The notes under the pieces are model-generated. The model worked only from the letters and a program-made list of their open reading frames with translations. It was not told the DNA's origin and made no database searches. Below are positions 27,001 to 37,800 of a stretch of DNA of 64,000 bases, piece by piece. Made by a program: the position numbers and the translations under genes. The stretch's first letter is position 1, and each line of letters begins with the position of its first letter. The DNA is from Takakia lepidozioides (Eukaryota; Plantae; Bryophyta), in NCBI GenBank assembly GCA_030704615.1, contig CM060733.1, positions 71,300,001-71,364,000 on the forward strand. The letters are read 5' to 3'.

Positions 27001-27688
27001 CAGGTGAAGCCCTCGCAGAATTTCTAGAATAGATCGAACTGCGGTGCTCGTGCTGGGAATATGACTCCCTCCTCCACTGACGTCCATTGAGGACTTGCCT
27101 GATCTCCAGGACGACCTCGGAACTTCCATGACCTCGTCTGAGTCGGACAGGTTGTGAACAACCCGGTTCTCGGTCGTCTTCATGGATGGGTTCGGCTCTG
27201 GATTTACTTCGTTGCGGACTTCTCTCTTTGAGGTACCCACTCTCTGATTCGCGGATTGTTTCGTGGAAGGCGCCAGGATAGACGGTGCATTTGGCGGGCA
27301 ATGAAGTCCCCAACAGCCCTGTATATGACGCTGTCCGATGGTGGAACTCGCCATTCCCTGCCATCGCCGAAATCATCGTGGAGCACAACAATACTCTCGA
27401 CAACAAGGCCGTTTGAGTCCTTCCTTTCCTCCTCCAAAAAAACCGACCCCGGTTTCAGGTGGTATCGAACGCACAGATATTTCTCCATCACCCGGCAGGT
27501 GTCCCCTCTGCACGGAAATGAAGCTCTATGCTCGTGAGGAGGGCAGTACATGTAGCGCTCGGGTTTTCCCCATGGGAGATGTGCACACAAGACTGCCAGG
27601 ATGGCGTGCGGGGAAGCTCCCTGGTAGAAGGGGGTGCGATGGGAATGAATGCGATGCCGATTTGTCCGAGCGACGAAGCCTGATCCAA
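24076..27688 (-). pseudogene. MULE transposase: GCM/WRKY-like Zn domain, DDE core, C-terminal SWIM finger; frameshifted in this sequence, at least one intron
   Basis: DGHPW...CAGALRCFSPTC...CAHC...C...HVGSHCH (26072-26938); WVMFDHIKR, FMADNAQAN, CGFH, TTNMAESVH (D, D, CxxH, E); CNCTDF...PCKH SWIM (24076-24342); GT-AG intron ~25388-25492. Confidence 0.88.
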
Positions 27689-27869
27689 ATCCAGGGAGCC
27701 AACTATCTCAAAAATCCACAGTCAGAGTGTTAATGAACCTTGTCTCCGGAATGCGGCCCTCGTCTTTGCGCAATAACTGCCAACGGTATGCAGTCAGAAA
27801 GTGGGGGGCCGTCCGGATGATGACGGCTGAAGGGGAGAAGCCGGCACCGTGCCGTCACATTACTACCCC

Positions 27870-29450
27870 GAATGGAAAATTCGGCACCCATATCCAACAG
27901 AGGAAGCCCGGATGAAGTCGCCTCGGGCGCAGAGGCCGGAGTGTGTGCGACAGAGAACATCCCTGGATGGAGATTCGGCGCCGAATTTCCATCCGGGCCC
28001 CCCAAAGGGAGTCGTGTCGGGGGGTCAGGCCGAAAACTGGACGGCATAAAAACATCCCCAGATGAAAAAACGGCGCCGAATTTCCATCCGGGGCGGTTCG
28101 GATGCAGTCGGGGAGGGGGGAGTGGCCTGCACTTGGCCGTCACATTTCAACCCCCGGACGGAAATTCGGCACCGAATATCGAACAGGGGGCCCGGATGAA
28201 GTCGCCTCGGGCGCAGAGGCCGGCGAGTGTGCGACAGAGAACATCCCCTGGACGAGATTCGGCGCCGAATTTCCATCCGGCCCCCCCAAAGGAAGTCTTG
28301 TCGGGGGGTCAGACCGAAAACTGGCCGACATAAAAACCTCCACAGATGGGAAAACGGCGCCGAATTTCAATTCGGGCCGTTCCAATGCAGTCGGGGAGAA
28401 GGGAGAGGTCGGCACCTGGCCGTCATATTTCAACCCCCGGGACGGAAATTCGGCACCGAATATCCAACAGAGCGGCGGAGAGGCGGCACCTCTCCGACAG
28501 AGACCATCCCCGGATGGAATTCGGCGCCGAATTCCATCCAGCAGGTAAGTGGAATCATGGATGGAGAAAATTCCTAAAATGGATGGAGATTCGGCGCCGA
28601 ATTTCATCCATAAGTGGAATCCGATGGAATTCGCGCCGAGGCCCCGGCGCCGAATGCAGGTAAATCCATGATGGAATTCGGCGCCGAATTCCATCCAGCA
28701 GGTAAGTCGGATCCATGGAAATTCGGCGCCGAATTTCCATCCGCCGAACTTGCATGTATTTCTGAGCGAGAATTACCTTCGTGCAGGTAATCATGAGAAT
28801 TACCTTTAATTCCACCTTCCTGCAGGTAATTCCAACCCTCGGGTAATTCCATAAATTACCTGCACGAAGGTGGGAATTACCTGCACGAAGGTAATTCCAC
28901 GAATGGAATTCGGCGCCGATATCCATTTTACCTGCTGGATGGAAATTCGGCGCCGAATTTCCATCCGATCCTGCTGGATGGAATTCGGCGCCGAGGGATT
29001 CCTTACCTGCTGGATTTCGGCCGAATTCCAATGGCCGCCGCCTGCCGGAAATTTTTTAAGCGTGAGGGAAATTGCCATGGAAATTCGGCGCCGGATTTCA
29101 TCCGCGCGCTTCCGAATTACCTGCGTGAGGGAAATTCGGCGCGCCGCCTGCGGATGGAAATTCGGCGCCGGATTTCCATCCGCTTCCGAATTACCTGCGT
29201 GAGGGAAATTTCCGCCCTAATGGAAATTCCGCCGGATTTCCATCCGCGCGCTTCCGAATTACAAATTTCTACCTTGGATGGAAATTCGGCGCCGGATTTC
29301 CATCCGCGCTTCCGACCTGCGTGAGGGAAATTTCCTGCGGATGGAAATTCGCGCCGGATCCATCCGCGCTGAATTACCTGCAGGATGGAAATCCGGCGCT
29401 TCCATCGTGCAGCGCTCCGAATTACCTCTACGTTGGAAATTCCGGGACTG
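27870..29450. repeat. Central array of GGCGCC-centred palindromes between the two divergent MULE genes
   Basis: ~280-bp duplication (~27870-28460), then dense (GG)ATGGAAATTCGGCGCCGAATTTCCAT(CC) copies alternating with AATTACCTGC; perfect palindromes at 28512-28539, 28715-28740, 28937-28966. Confidence 0.92.
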
Positions 29451-30376
29451 TTTACGTCGATTTTTCCGACATGGAGGGCTTCATCCGACATTTAATTGCG
29501 CAGTTGGGCAATAAATGTCGACGGCCGTCGGTTATTATTCGGGCTGGCGACGCATGGCTTCCTGGACACGTACCCTAAATCTCATGCTAACTTGGCTTAA
29601 CATGGTATTCCAGGCATGTACCCCAAAAAAGGAGATCTTTTTGGCTGGGACTTATGCCGCCTGAAGGGCGTGGCTCTCCTGAGAGAGACCTCACATCCAG
29701 ACCGCGGCGGAAGTTGAAAGCTCTGTACTACGGACGACGGCCAATCTCTCGCATGGCCAAACTGAAGCTCCAGCAGGAGATTCCAGTGTCTTGCTCACAA
29801 CCTGCGCCAACTGAAGCCGAGTACTCTCAGGCAAGCCACTTCTGCTTTCGGTTTGTTCGATTTATTTTTTGCTTTCGCTTTGGCTTTGTTTTTGCATCTT
29901 CATCCTGGCTTTGCTGTATGAGTGAACTTTAGATAGTTGAGTGAACCTTAGATTGTTTGCAATGCGTGTGCAAATCCGGCAGCTCTGGAGAAGGCTGCTT
30001 GTGCATGTCATTCTTAGGCAATGGTTGCATTTGTTTTCATTGTTGTTGCATGGCTCTCCATACTTCCTAAACTTGTATGTTTTCATTTTTGCTACATGAT
30101 TGTTGCTATGGTGGTTTGCGCTGCTCGTTGCGATGCTGCTTTTTGCACCGATGTTGGTTTTCACGATTTTTGTCAATGACAGAGTGACGACGAGCCCGGC
30201 ACGCTGGTGGTATCATCGACAGCTCCAACTCATCGCATGTTTGAATCGCCCAACTTGGGGCGAGAGGGCAAACTTAAACCTTTTGTTGGTGGACGGGAGG
30301 ACTTGCAACGAGATTACGACAGAGTAGGCATTGGGGAGGTTGGTGCAGGCGGCATGGCAGTGAAGGGCGTGAGGAC

Positions 30377-33300
30377 ATGAGGACAGCAGATCCGGCAATG
30401 GAGGTTGTTCATGCACATGCAGTAGGGCCCGCCCACGCAAAGAAAAGAAGAAAGCTAAGCACATGCAATCCCCGGCGAGAGAGCAGTCACGGGCTGCGAG
30501 GGGGGAGTGAGCAGTGCGCGCGAGGGTGTCAGTTCGCCTCAATCAAAGGTGGTCGTCCTGGAGGCTCCCCTGCTGCTAGCCCTAGTAAGAAACAGAAAGC
30601 CCGTGAGAGGGCAAAAGAGAGGGCAAAAGAACAGACGAGACAGAATGCTAGCCAGGAGGAAAGACAAAAGGCAGCTGAAGGCCAGGGGTGCCCAAATGAC
30701 AGATGCCAATGTAAGCGAGGACCCACAGAGACGGTGGATCCCTACAAGACACCACAGAGAGGCAGTAGCACACGGTTAGACCATCGCGGGCAAGAGCAGC
30801 CCCCGCAATTACCCATACGGTGGAGAGTGGAGGAGAGGAAAGAACACCTGAAAGAGCACGGATTGTGCAAGTTCGAGGTGAAGCCAGGGAGAGGGCAGTA
30901 GAGACGACGAGAGTGCTGGAGGTGGTTTCGCAGGTGGCTGACCCTGTTGAGGAGGACGACATGGAGGTTTCTGACCAGGATGACATCCTCCCGGACATCC
31001 CCAGGCCCCAACCCGGAGCATACAGGCTGGATTTGGCGGTCCTGGTGGGCTGCCGGAAAACCCCTCTGCAGCAGACGTCATGTCTGAGGCGGATATGAAG
31101 TTGGCCGCTGCCAAGATGTTGGAGGCAACCCACAGCAACATTGGCAGGGTGCTGGGGGCATGGTGTACCCGGCCAAGCTTCGAATTCCCCTTTGCCGCTT
31201 GGTGTCATTGCAGGTGGTGAGACCTGCCCTCCCAGGCGATATCGACAAGCTGAAATTCTCTTTCCGGGATGGATATCGAATGGGGTCTGCCGCCTTTTAC
31301 GTTTCCATTGAGAACGACCACGGAGCTTCCCGTGCCCACACTTCCGATGAGGTGGACAAATGGGGTCCCCATTGGCAAACGCGAAATGAGGAGTTCGAGA
31401 GATCGATTGCTAGTGATCCTCTTTTCCAGCACATGTCCGGTAAGATGTTCTACGTGTGGGACGGCAATCATCGCCTCCTGGCATGGATGGAGCACATTTG
31501 CCCAAGCCCACCCCAACGATCTCGATTGGCATTTCGCCGTCGATTGTGTTGTGCTGAAGGTTGCGGGGCCCAAAGATCGCAGTCTTCTCAAAGCTGCAAT
31601 GGCCGACATCAACTCGTAAGCTACAACCCCTCTCGCTTTTGGACTTTGAATTTGGAAGTCATTTCATTGCGAATCCTCATATATGATGAAAATTCCCATT
31701 TCAGTATTGTTTGATGGAAATGTGGCACTGCAGGGTGACTGAGAATGCCTTCATTGCCACCAACTTGTCCCATATGCTCTTCCGAGTGAAGGATGTCGGG
31801 AAGCAGGGGGTGCAAGAGTTTGCCAATTCCCTCAGTGCCGACCTCCTGCGCAAGTCGGAGGCAAAGGCAGACAGAACCTGGTATAGGCTGAGCGTCGACG
31901 CCATGGTGGACTACATATTTTGGGTAAAGCTCCTGACAGTTTTGTTGAGCTAATCTGTCTCTCCTCCCCCAATAGAAGAAATTGTGTTGAGCAGGATCTC
32001 TAATCTTATGTGCGCATTCTTGACAGACGAAAATACAGCAGGATTTGGCACATGCGCGGAGGTTCTACATGGAGTCAGAGGAGAAGAATCCAACCCTCCC
32101 GAACTCGAATCGTATGTCAAAGCTGCGGAGGTGAGGGCCCGCATAAAGTACAAGTCGCGGATGGTAAAGTACGTGGCCATAGCTGATCCCGCCCTGGTGC
32201 CGACTTTCTGGTGGAGGTGGGGAAGCACTACTCTCGCGCTCTGAAGCCCACGATGACATTGGAGAAGCTCCATCGTCTAGCCACATCCTGTGTGGATGCA
32301 ACAGAAAAGGTGATACATTCTTAACAAATTGTGGTGGCAACAACTCCTTTTTGTGGTGTTTGGCGCTTACGAATATGCTGGGTGGTTGGACAGACCCGGT
32401 GGCTCCAAATCTGGAATGGTTCCCAAAGTACCAGGGACATGTGGAGCTTCCCCAAACCGGACAAACTCTCTGACCCCACATTCGACATGTGGATGAACCG
32501 CATGACATGGTGGTTTCAGGTACTTCCCCACGCTTCGTTTGGGGCTTCTACTCTAGTAGGGGTGGATTCATTGTATTTTTTGAGGAAAGCGATCTGATGG
32601 ACAATCTCCACAGGTGACGACGAATGCGCAAGAGCAGCTGGACACACAAGCACATCAGTTCAAGATGGAGATATCTCCTGCAGCAGAGAGCCTACGTGAC
32701 TATGTGACGAGGTACTTTCTGCTCTACAAAACCAACCTATTCTTTCGGGAGATAGCAGATGCTCGCCGGAGCCACGAGTTCACCGACCAGCCGAACGCGG
32801 ACAAAGCAGCAATGCGCCTTCTGTACAGGTACATACGCGCTGCCTTTCTTTCAAGTCCTGGCATTTCAGGATGTTAGAGGCCTCAAGTGGTGTTAGGGAA
32901 AATGGCGCCGAATTTCCAGTCAGGGCTCCAAAATGGCTAAGTCCCTAGGCTGGCTGGCCCGGAACTGGAAATTCGGCGCCATTTTCAGTTCCAGGCCCTA
33001 TTGCCGTTCAGGGACTTAGCCATTTTCGGCCTAAGTCCCTAGACTGGCTGGCCCTGAAGTGGAAATTCGGCGCCATTTCCAGTTTTAGGCCCTATTGCCG
33101 TCAGGGACTTAGCCATTTTCGGCCTAAGTCCCTAGTGTGGCTGGCCCGAACTGGAAATTCGGCGCCGTTTTCCAGTTCTAGGCCCTATTGCCGTCCAGGG
33201 ACTTAGCCATTTTCGGGCTAAGTCCCTAGACTGGCTGGCCCTGAACTGGAAATTCGGCGCCCTTTTCCAGTTCCCCTATTGCCGTTCAGGGACTTAGCCA

Positions 33301-36224
33301 TTTTCGGGCTAAGTCCCTAGACTGGCTGGCCCTGAAGGAAATTCGGCGCCATATTCCAGTTCCAGCCCTATTGCCGTCCAGGGACTTAGCCATTTTCGGT
33401 CTAAGTCCCTAGGGTGGCTGGCCCGGAACTGGAAATTCGGCGCCGTTTTCCAGTTCTAGGCCCTATTGCCGTCCAGGGACTTAGCCATTTTCGGGCTAAG
33501 TCCCTAGTGGCTGGCCCGAACTGGAAATTCGGCGCCGTTTTCCAGTTCTAGGCCCTATTGCCGTCCAGGGACTTAGCCATTTTCGGGCTAAGTCCCTAGG
33601 GTGGCTGGCCCGGAACTGGAAATTCGGCGCCATTTCCAGTTCTAGGCCCTATTGCCGTCCAGGGACTTAGCCATTTTCGGGCAAGTCCCTAGACTGGCTG
33701 GGAACTGGAAATTCGGCGCCATTTTCCAGTTCCAGGCCGTATTGCCGTTCGGGACTTAGCCATTTTCGGGCTAAGTCCCTAGACTGGTGGCCCTGAAGTG
33801 GAAATTCGGCGCCATTCCAGTTGTAGGCCCTATTGCCGTTCAGGGACTTAGCCATTTCGGACCTCATTGTGTTTTTCATGAATGCAGGTACTGTAAGTTC
33901 TCCCTTTTGGAGAAAGGTCATCTGTCTGTCTTTCGAGCCACCATTCTGGCATGGAGGTGGGGCTGACTCCATGTACACTGACGATATTGTGAAGGAGTGG
34001 CATCTGGAACATTTGCGTGATTGCCCTTGGTATGTGGACCTTCCGCCCGGCTCGCTCGACCCATCCGAGTTTCAATTGAAGCTGGATGCTGAATTCCGAC
34101 GAAACCGGGCTCCGCTGCCTCCGTTGGGTGCAAAAGAGGCAAAAGCGCTTGCGAACTCCAGGAAAGCGGCAGAGCTTGCTCAGGCAGGAATTCAGGAGAA
34201 ATTGCATGAGAAGAGTAAAGGTCAAAGGAAAAGGACAAGGAAACAGGTGACTGCAGTAACACCCAAAAAGAAGAAAACCATCGGGGCATCGGAGGAGGCA
34301 GGAGGGGACCCAAGAGAGTGACCGACGCCGATTTTGTTCAAGGTCCTGCGACTGCTGTTGCTCCTACCCAGTCACCGGTCGTCCGGGTTCCCAAGTCAGT
34401 TCGGAGTGGGACTGGCTCTGCCAAGAAGTTGGCATTTGAGGGCGAGCCTACACGGCGGTATTCGGCGGTGACGTTTACGCACAGGCCAAAGCTAGAACCT
34501 CCAACCATCATCCAATGCGTCAATGAGAGCTTCCTTGACGCTCTCGCTGCCAGGGCGAAGAAGGTGGCACACAACAAGTCTCTGGCGGAGCAGAAGGGAA
34601 AGCCAAGAAGAGGGCTGCCGGTACAGAGCCTAAAGACACCCCTGGTTTTTGAAGCCATGATGGAATTCTTCACGGCTGTGAGCACGAATTGCAAGAGCAC
34701 TCGGGGGGGGGGTTGAGGTGGAGAGAGCTTGCGACATGATTCTCCTCGACATTCCAGATGGGGAGCTGCTGGAGGGCCTGGATGGTGTGCCCACCTGGAA
34801 CAGGTTTACTGAGGACTACTGGAAAGCCGGGTTTGGGCTGGCGGGGATGCTTCTGGATGACGGTGGATGTGTGGTTGTTTGCCACGAGAGGGAAGACCAC
34901 AGAGAATGCGGTGGCAAGGTGGACACCAAAAAGTGTCACCCCGGTCCTCCTCAGAAAATGGTTCTGCATCAGTACGCAGGGGTTGCGAACAGAGGGCCAA
35001 AGTGTAAGTTATCAATCTATTGCATTCACTTCATATTGTGGTGTATGTTAAGTAGACCCTGGAATTGATCCCTTCTTTGTTGGATGTGCAGACATTGGTG
35101 TTTGAGGCATATTGCTTTGTGAAGAGAGGGTCTACGTTCAAATTCCGCAACGACGGTCGTCTTGTTGATGCCGCTGTGGACCCTGTAACCTACGATGTCC
35201 TCTACAACTATGTGTGCCCCACTCTAGTATGCCGAAGGACACAAAGACAGGCAACCGTGGCGGTACAGCCGACCCGGCCCTGCTTTCATCCAAACCCTCA
35301 TGGAGACGTGCTCGGATGTCCAAGGGCGGATTCTGGACCTCACATGCGGCACGGGTAAGCCTTCACGTGCTCAGTTTGTCCCCTGGCCCCATTGCAATTG
35401 CATGCCGCAAGCTATTAACCGCCCGCTTTGTTCCTCAGGTGCTTCAATGTGGGCAGGGACGTTGTCCGACAGGCATGTGTTCGCCTTCGAGCCAGATACT
35501 GCCCTCCACAACTCGGAACTTGCAGCGGCTGAACGTCTGCCGAAAGAGGAAGAGGCATCCTCGGAGGATGAGGAAAAATCCGAGAAGGAGCAGGGGGAGG
35601 AAGTTGGGATCGAGGCCGAGGAGCCCCCGGTTTACGAGTGAGTGGTGGCATTGTAAGTTGCCTCCAGATTTTGTGAGGCACCTCCCTCCGCTCTCTTATT
35701 TCATTGAAAACCCTTTCTGGTTGTGCTGGTATTGACATCTTCAAGTGGATTTGTTCTTACTGTAGGATGCCAAGTACTGCCGGAGGGACGTCTACACCGG
35801 AGTTCATGGGCAGGAGGAACGTGCCTTTTTTTGCCAGGGGGATTTCATGCCTAGTCCAGAAAGGGAGTATATCCTTCCTACTTATGCTGCCCGGCTTGCT
35901 TCGGTGTCCATTAGGAGGTGTTCCGAACGTAGTCGTGTACAGCAGATTTTAGACGAGGCAAGCCTCAAGAAAATGAAGATGAGGGAGGAGGCAGCAGCTA
36001 TTAGAGCCCGTCGGGCTCGTAGATTTGTGTTGGATTCTGCTGAGGAAAGTGGGGGAGAAGACGCAGAAGATTCCCAGGAGGTGAGGTGGACAGTCCCCCA
36101 AGGAGAGGACGGGATTTTTGAGAGGCATAGTGGAACTGATGCATCACAGAGCTCGGAGGATGAGGGGGATGAGGGGGATGAGGAAGAAGGTGGGGCAAGT
36201 TCCTCGGAGGGTGTAGGAGAGTAG
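30377..36224 (+). CDS. Spliced MULE cargo gene: ParB/Srx-like domain, helical region, beta-class amino-DNA-methyltransferase-like domain, acidic tail; start uncertain, several frameshifts
   Basis: FYVWDGNHRLLAW (DGNHRL 31460-31477); CDMILLDIPDG (DIPD 34748-34759)...LLDDGGCVVV; after splicing of intron 35355-35438, METCSDVQGRILDLTCGTG-ASMWAGTLSDRHVFAFEPD. GT-AG introns at 31616-31733, ~31924-32026, ~32520-32613, ~32829-33887, ~35004-35091, 35355-35438, ~35638-35765. Confidence 0.72.
32898..33860. repeat. Intronic tandem array, ~10 units of ~93 bp, each with GGAAATTCGGCGCC and a GGGACTTAGCC/GGCTAAGTCCC hairpin
   Basis: Motif starts at 32967, 33061, 33153, 33248, 33337, 33431, 33523, 33618, 33707, 33800. 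Confidence 0.93.
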
Positions 36225-36386
36225 TGCCCATTCCGGCTATGACAGTTAGAACACACTTGTATAGACGTGGCTTGCCACAAAATTTGCAATAAAATGTTGC
36301 ATTTCAAGTCCACTGGTGCCACATTCCAACTTCACATGACCCTATTTCCGTGCCTCCTAACCCTATTTCCGTGGACTCACAATGGT

Positions 36387-36445
36387 CTGCTCATGCTTTT
36401 TTTTTTTCCGCTCATGCTCATGCCGCTCATGAAATAGCAGCCCCC
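36387..36445 (-). repeat. Right TIR with GCTCATG subterminal repeats
   Basis: ccgctcatgctcatgccgctcatgaaatagcagccccc, followed by the TSD. Confidence 0.88.
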
Positions 36446-37800
36446 ACTGATTGTACTGAGCGGGCTGAGTGCTTAGAGATATCCAACTCTTCTATCTTGG
36501 AGTTTCCACCTCGGATAGCGAAGGGATGGGTGAGTAAAAGCCGCTCGACATTTGGCGACCATACTGGGGAACTAAGTCTTGAACAACCAGATGTGACAGG
36601 CATCTGGTGGGATCATGGTGGTTGGAGAATTAAAGAATTTGATGTGAATCAAATTCCCTGTGAAACTGAGAAGGAAAGATTGTCCAAACGATTCTTTCAG
36701 AGGTTCTTGGAATTGCCAGACGGTTGTAAAGAAAACATTCTTAAAAGAGTGCATGATGCTGACCCTGAGTGGGGTCTGGAGAAGGGAGTGATAAAGATTT
36801 ATCAGGTGGCCTGTAGAGGAAGAGCCCGTTGGTTACCAACACTGGTTTATGTGATAGCGTTGCTATCCATTAAGCAAGTAGAGTTTGAAGGCTGGGAGGA
36901 AAGGAAGGTGAATGTTTATACTCATATGCATGAGGAGCTTGTACTGGTAAAAAATTGGATTCCAAAGGATATTTTGTGGATCAAACTCACACCAAGAACA
37001 GCTTTTCAGACTTGTTTGCCATATGGTTATATGGTAACGGAGACTTCTAATATAGCCAAGGGTGCATTGAAGCTTAAAAGAAACCCAGGCATATACGAGA
37101 GATACTACAGAAGAGAGTTTTGGTTACTGCCCACATTAAAGAAATGAAAGACATGGGACATGAGTGATGAAAGAGAAGCTAGACTCCAGAGATATTCAAC
37201 AAAAAGAAAGTTATCTGAAAGCTAATTATCCATATCTTTGGGAGAGGGGAATAGACATAGGGGAATCATCTGGACCTCTCACACCATTAAGATCAGAGAG
37301 TACATCACCCATACCGGAAGAACTAGGGTTGGATGCCACTCCTTCTTTTTCTTTGCAAGAAAGATTAAGGGAATTGGTATGGGAAGAAGATCAATCACGA
37401 GGTGAAAGATCTGAGGTAAATCCCTGAATAAAAGATTTGACAGAAATCTTTGATAAGAGTTGGCATGGAACACCAAAAGCAGGAACTCCAGTTTCCGAAA
37501 CGGAAGGTGAAGAAAGAGGAGAGGATGTGGCAGAACCAGCGGAGAGTTCAGACTCTCCAACACCATTACAGTTGAGTTACATGAGTGAAGAAGAAACCCA
37601 AGGGCAGAACTTGGAGGATGAAAACAGAGAGAAGAGGAAGAGTACGAAGAAGTAGACCCAACAGCTGAGCTTGAGACTACAACCAGGACATCCCAACCCG
37701 TTGGACCTGGATCAAGTGGAGCACTTGAATCACAGGCCAACGAAGGTGTCGGCTTAGGGGGATCAGGCGGGCAGCCTGGATCTGGCTCTTGGGGGACAGG

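Larger units (their letters stand above)
23242..36445. mobile_element. Mutator-like (MULE) DNA transposon, 13.2 kb, with transposase and a second (ParB-like + methyltransferase-like) gene
   Basis: 9-bp TSD ACTGATTGT at 23233-23241 and 36446-36454; empty site visible in other family-A LTRs (e.g. ~1935-1970); TIRs GAGGTTTGCTATTTCATGAGC vs GGGGGCTGCTATTTCATGAGC (18/21); DDE + SWIM transposase. Confidence 0.92.
22289..37800 (+). mobile_element. Family A copy A4: 5' LTR (22289-23241 + 36446-36550, split by the MULE), PBS, ORF0, partial gag
   Basis: TGTTAGAGG at 22289; LTR sequence resumes after the MULE; PBS 36553-36570; ORF0 to 37147; gag broken at ~37800. Confidence 0.9.

Noticed and set aside
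27730-29578. Many ORFs with MEIRRRIS/GNSAPNF/KFGAEF peptides (also 23361-23977 and 37677-39791)
   Set aside because: They are translations of the palindromic arrays, appearing in all frames on both strands.
32898-33860. Regularly spaced palindromic repeats resembling a CRISPR array (also 38310-40095)
   Set aside because: The sequences between motifs are near-identical rather than unique spacers, there are no cas genes, and the context is a eukaryotic intron.
30377-36224. Bacterial contamination or a restriction-modification operon (ParB + MTase, many GAATTC/GGCGCC sites)
   Set aside because: The gene has phase-consistent GT-AG introns and lies inside a TSD-flanked element inserted in a plant LTR; no endonuclease partner is visible.
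36350-36445. N-terminal extension of the 265-aa ORF 36350-37147
   Set aside because: It is read-through from the MULE right TIR; the original ORF0 ATG is at 23230-23232 on the other side of the insertion.
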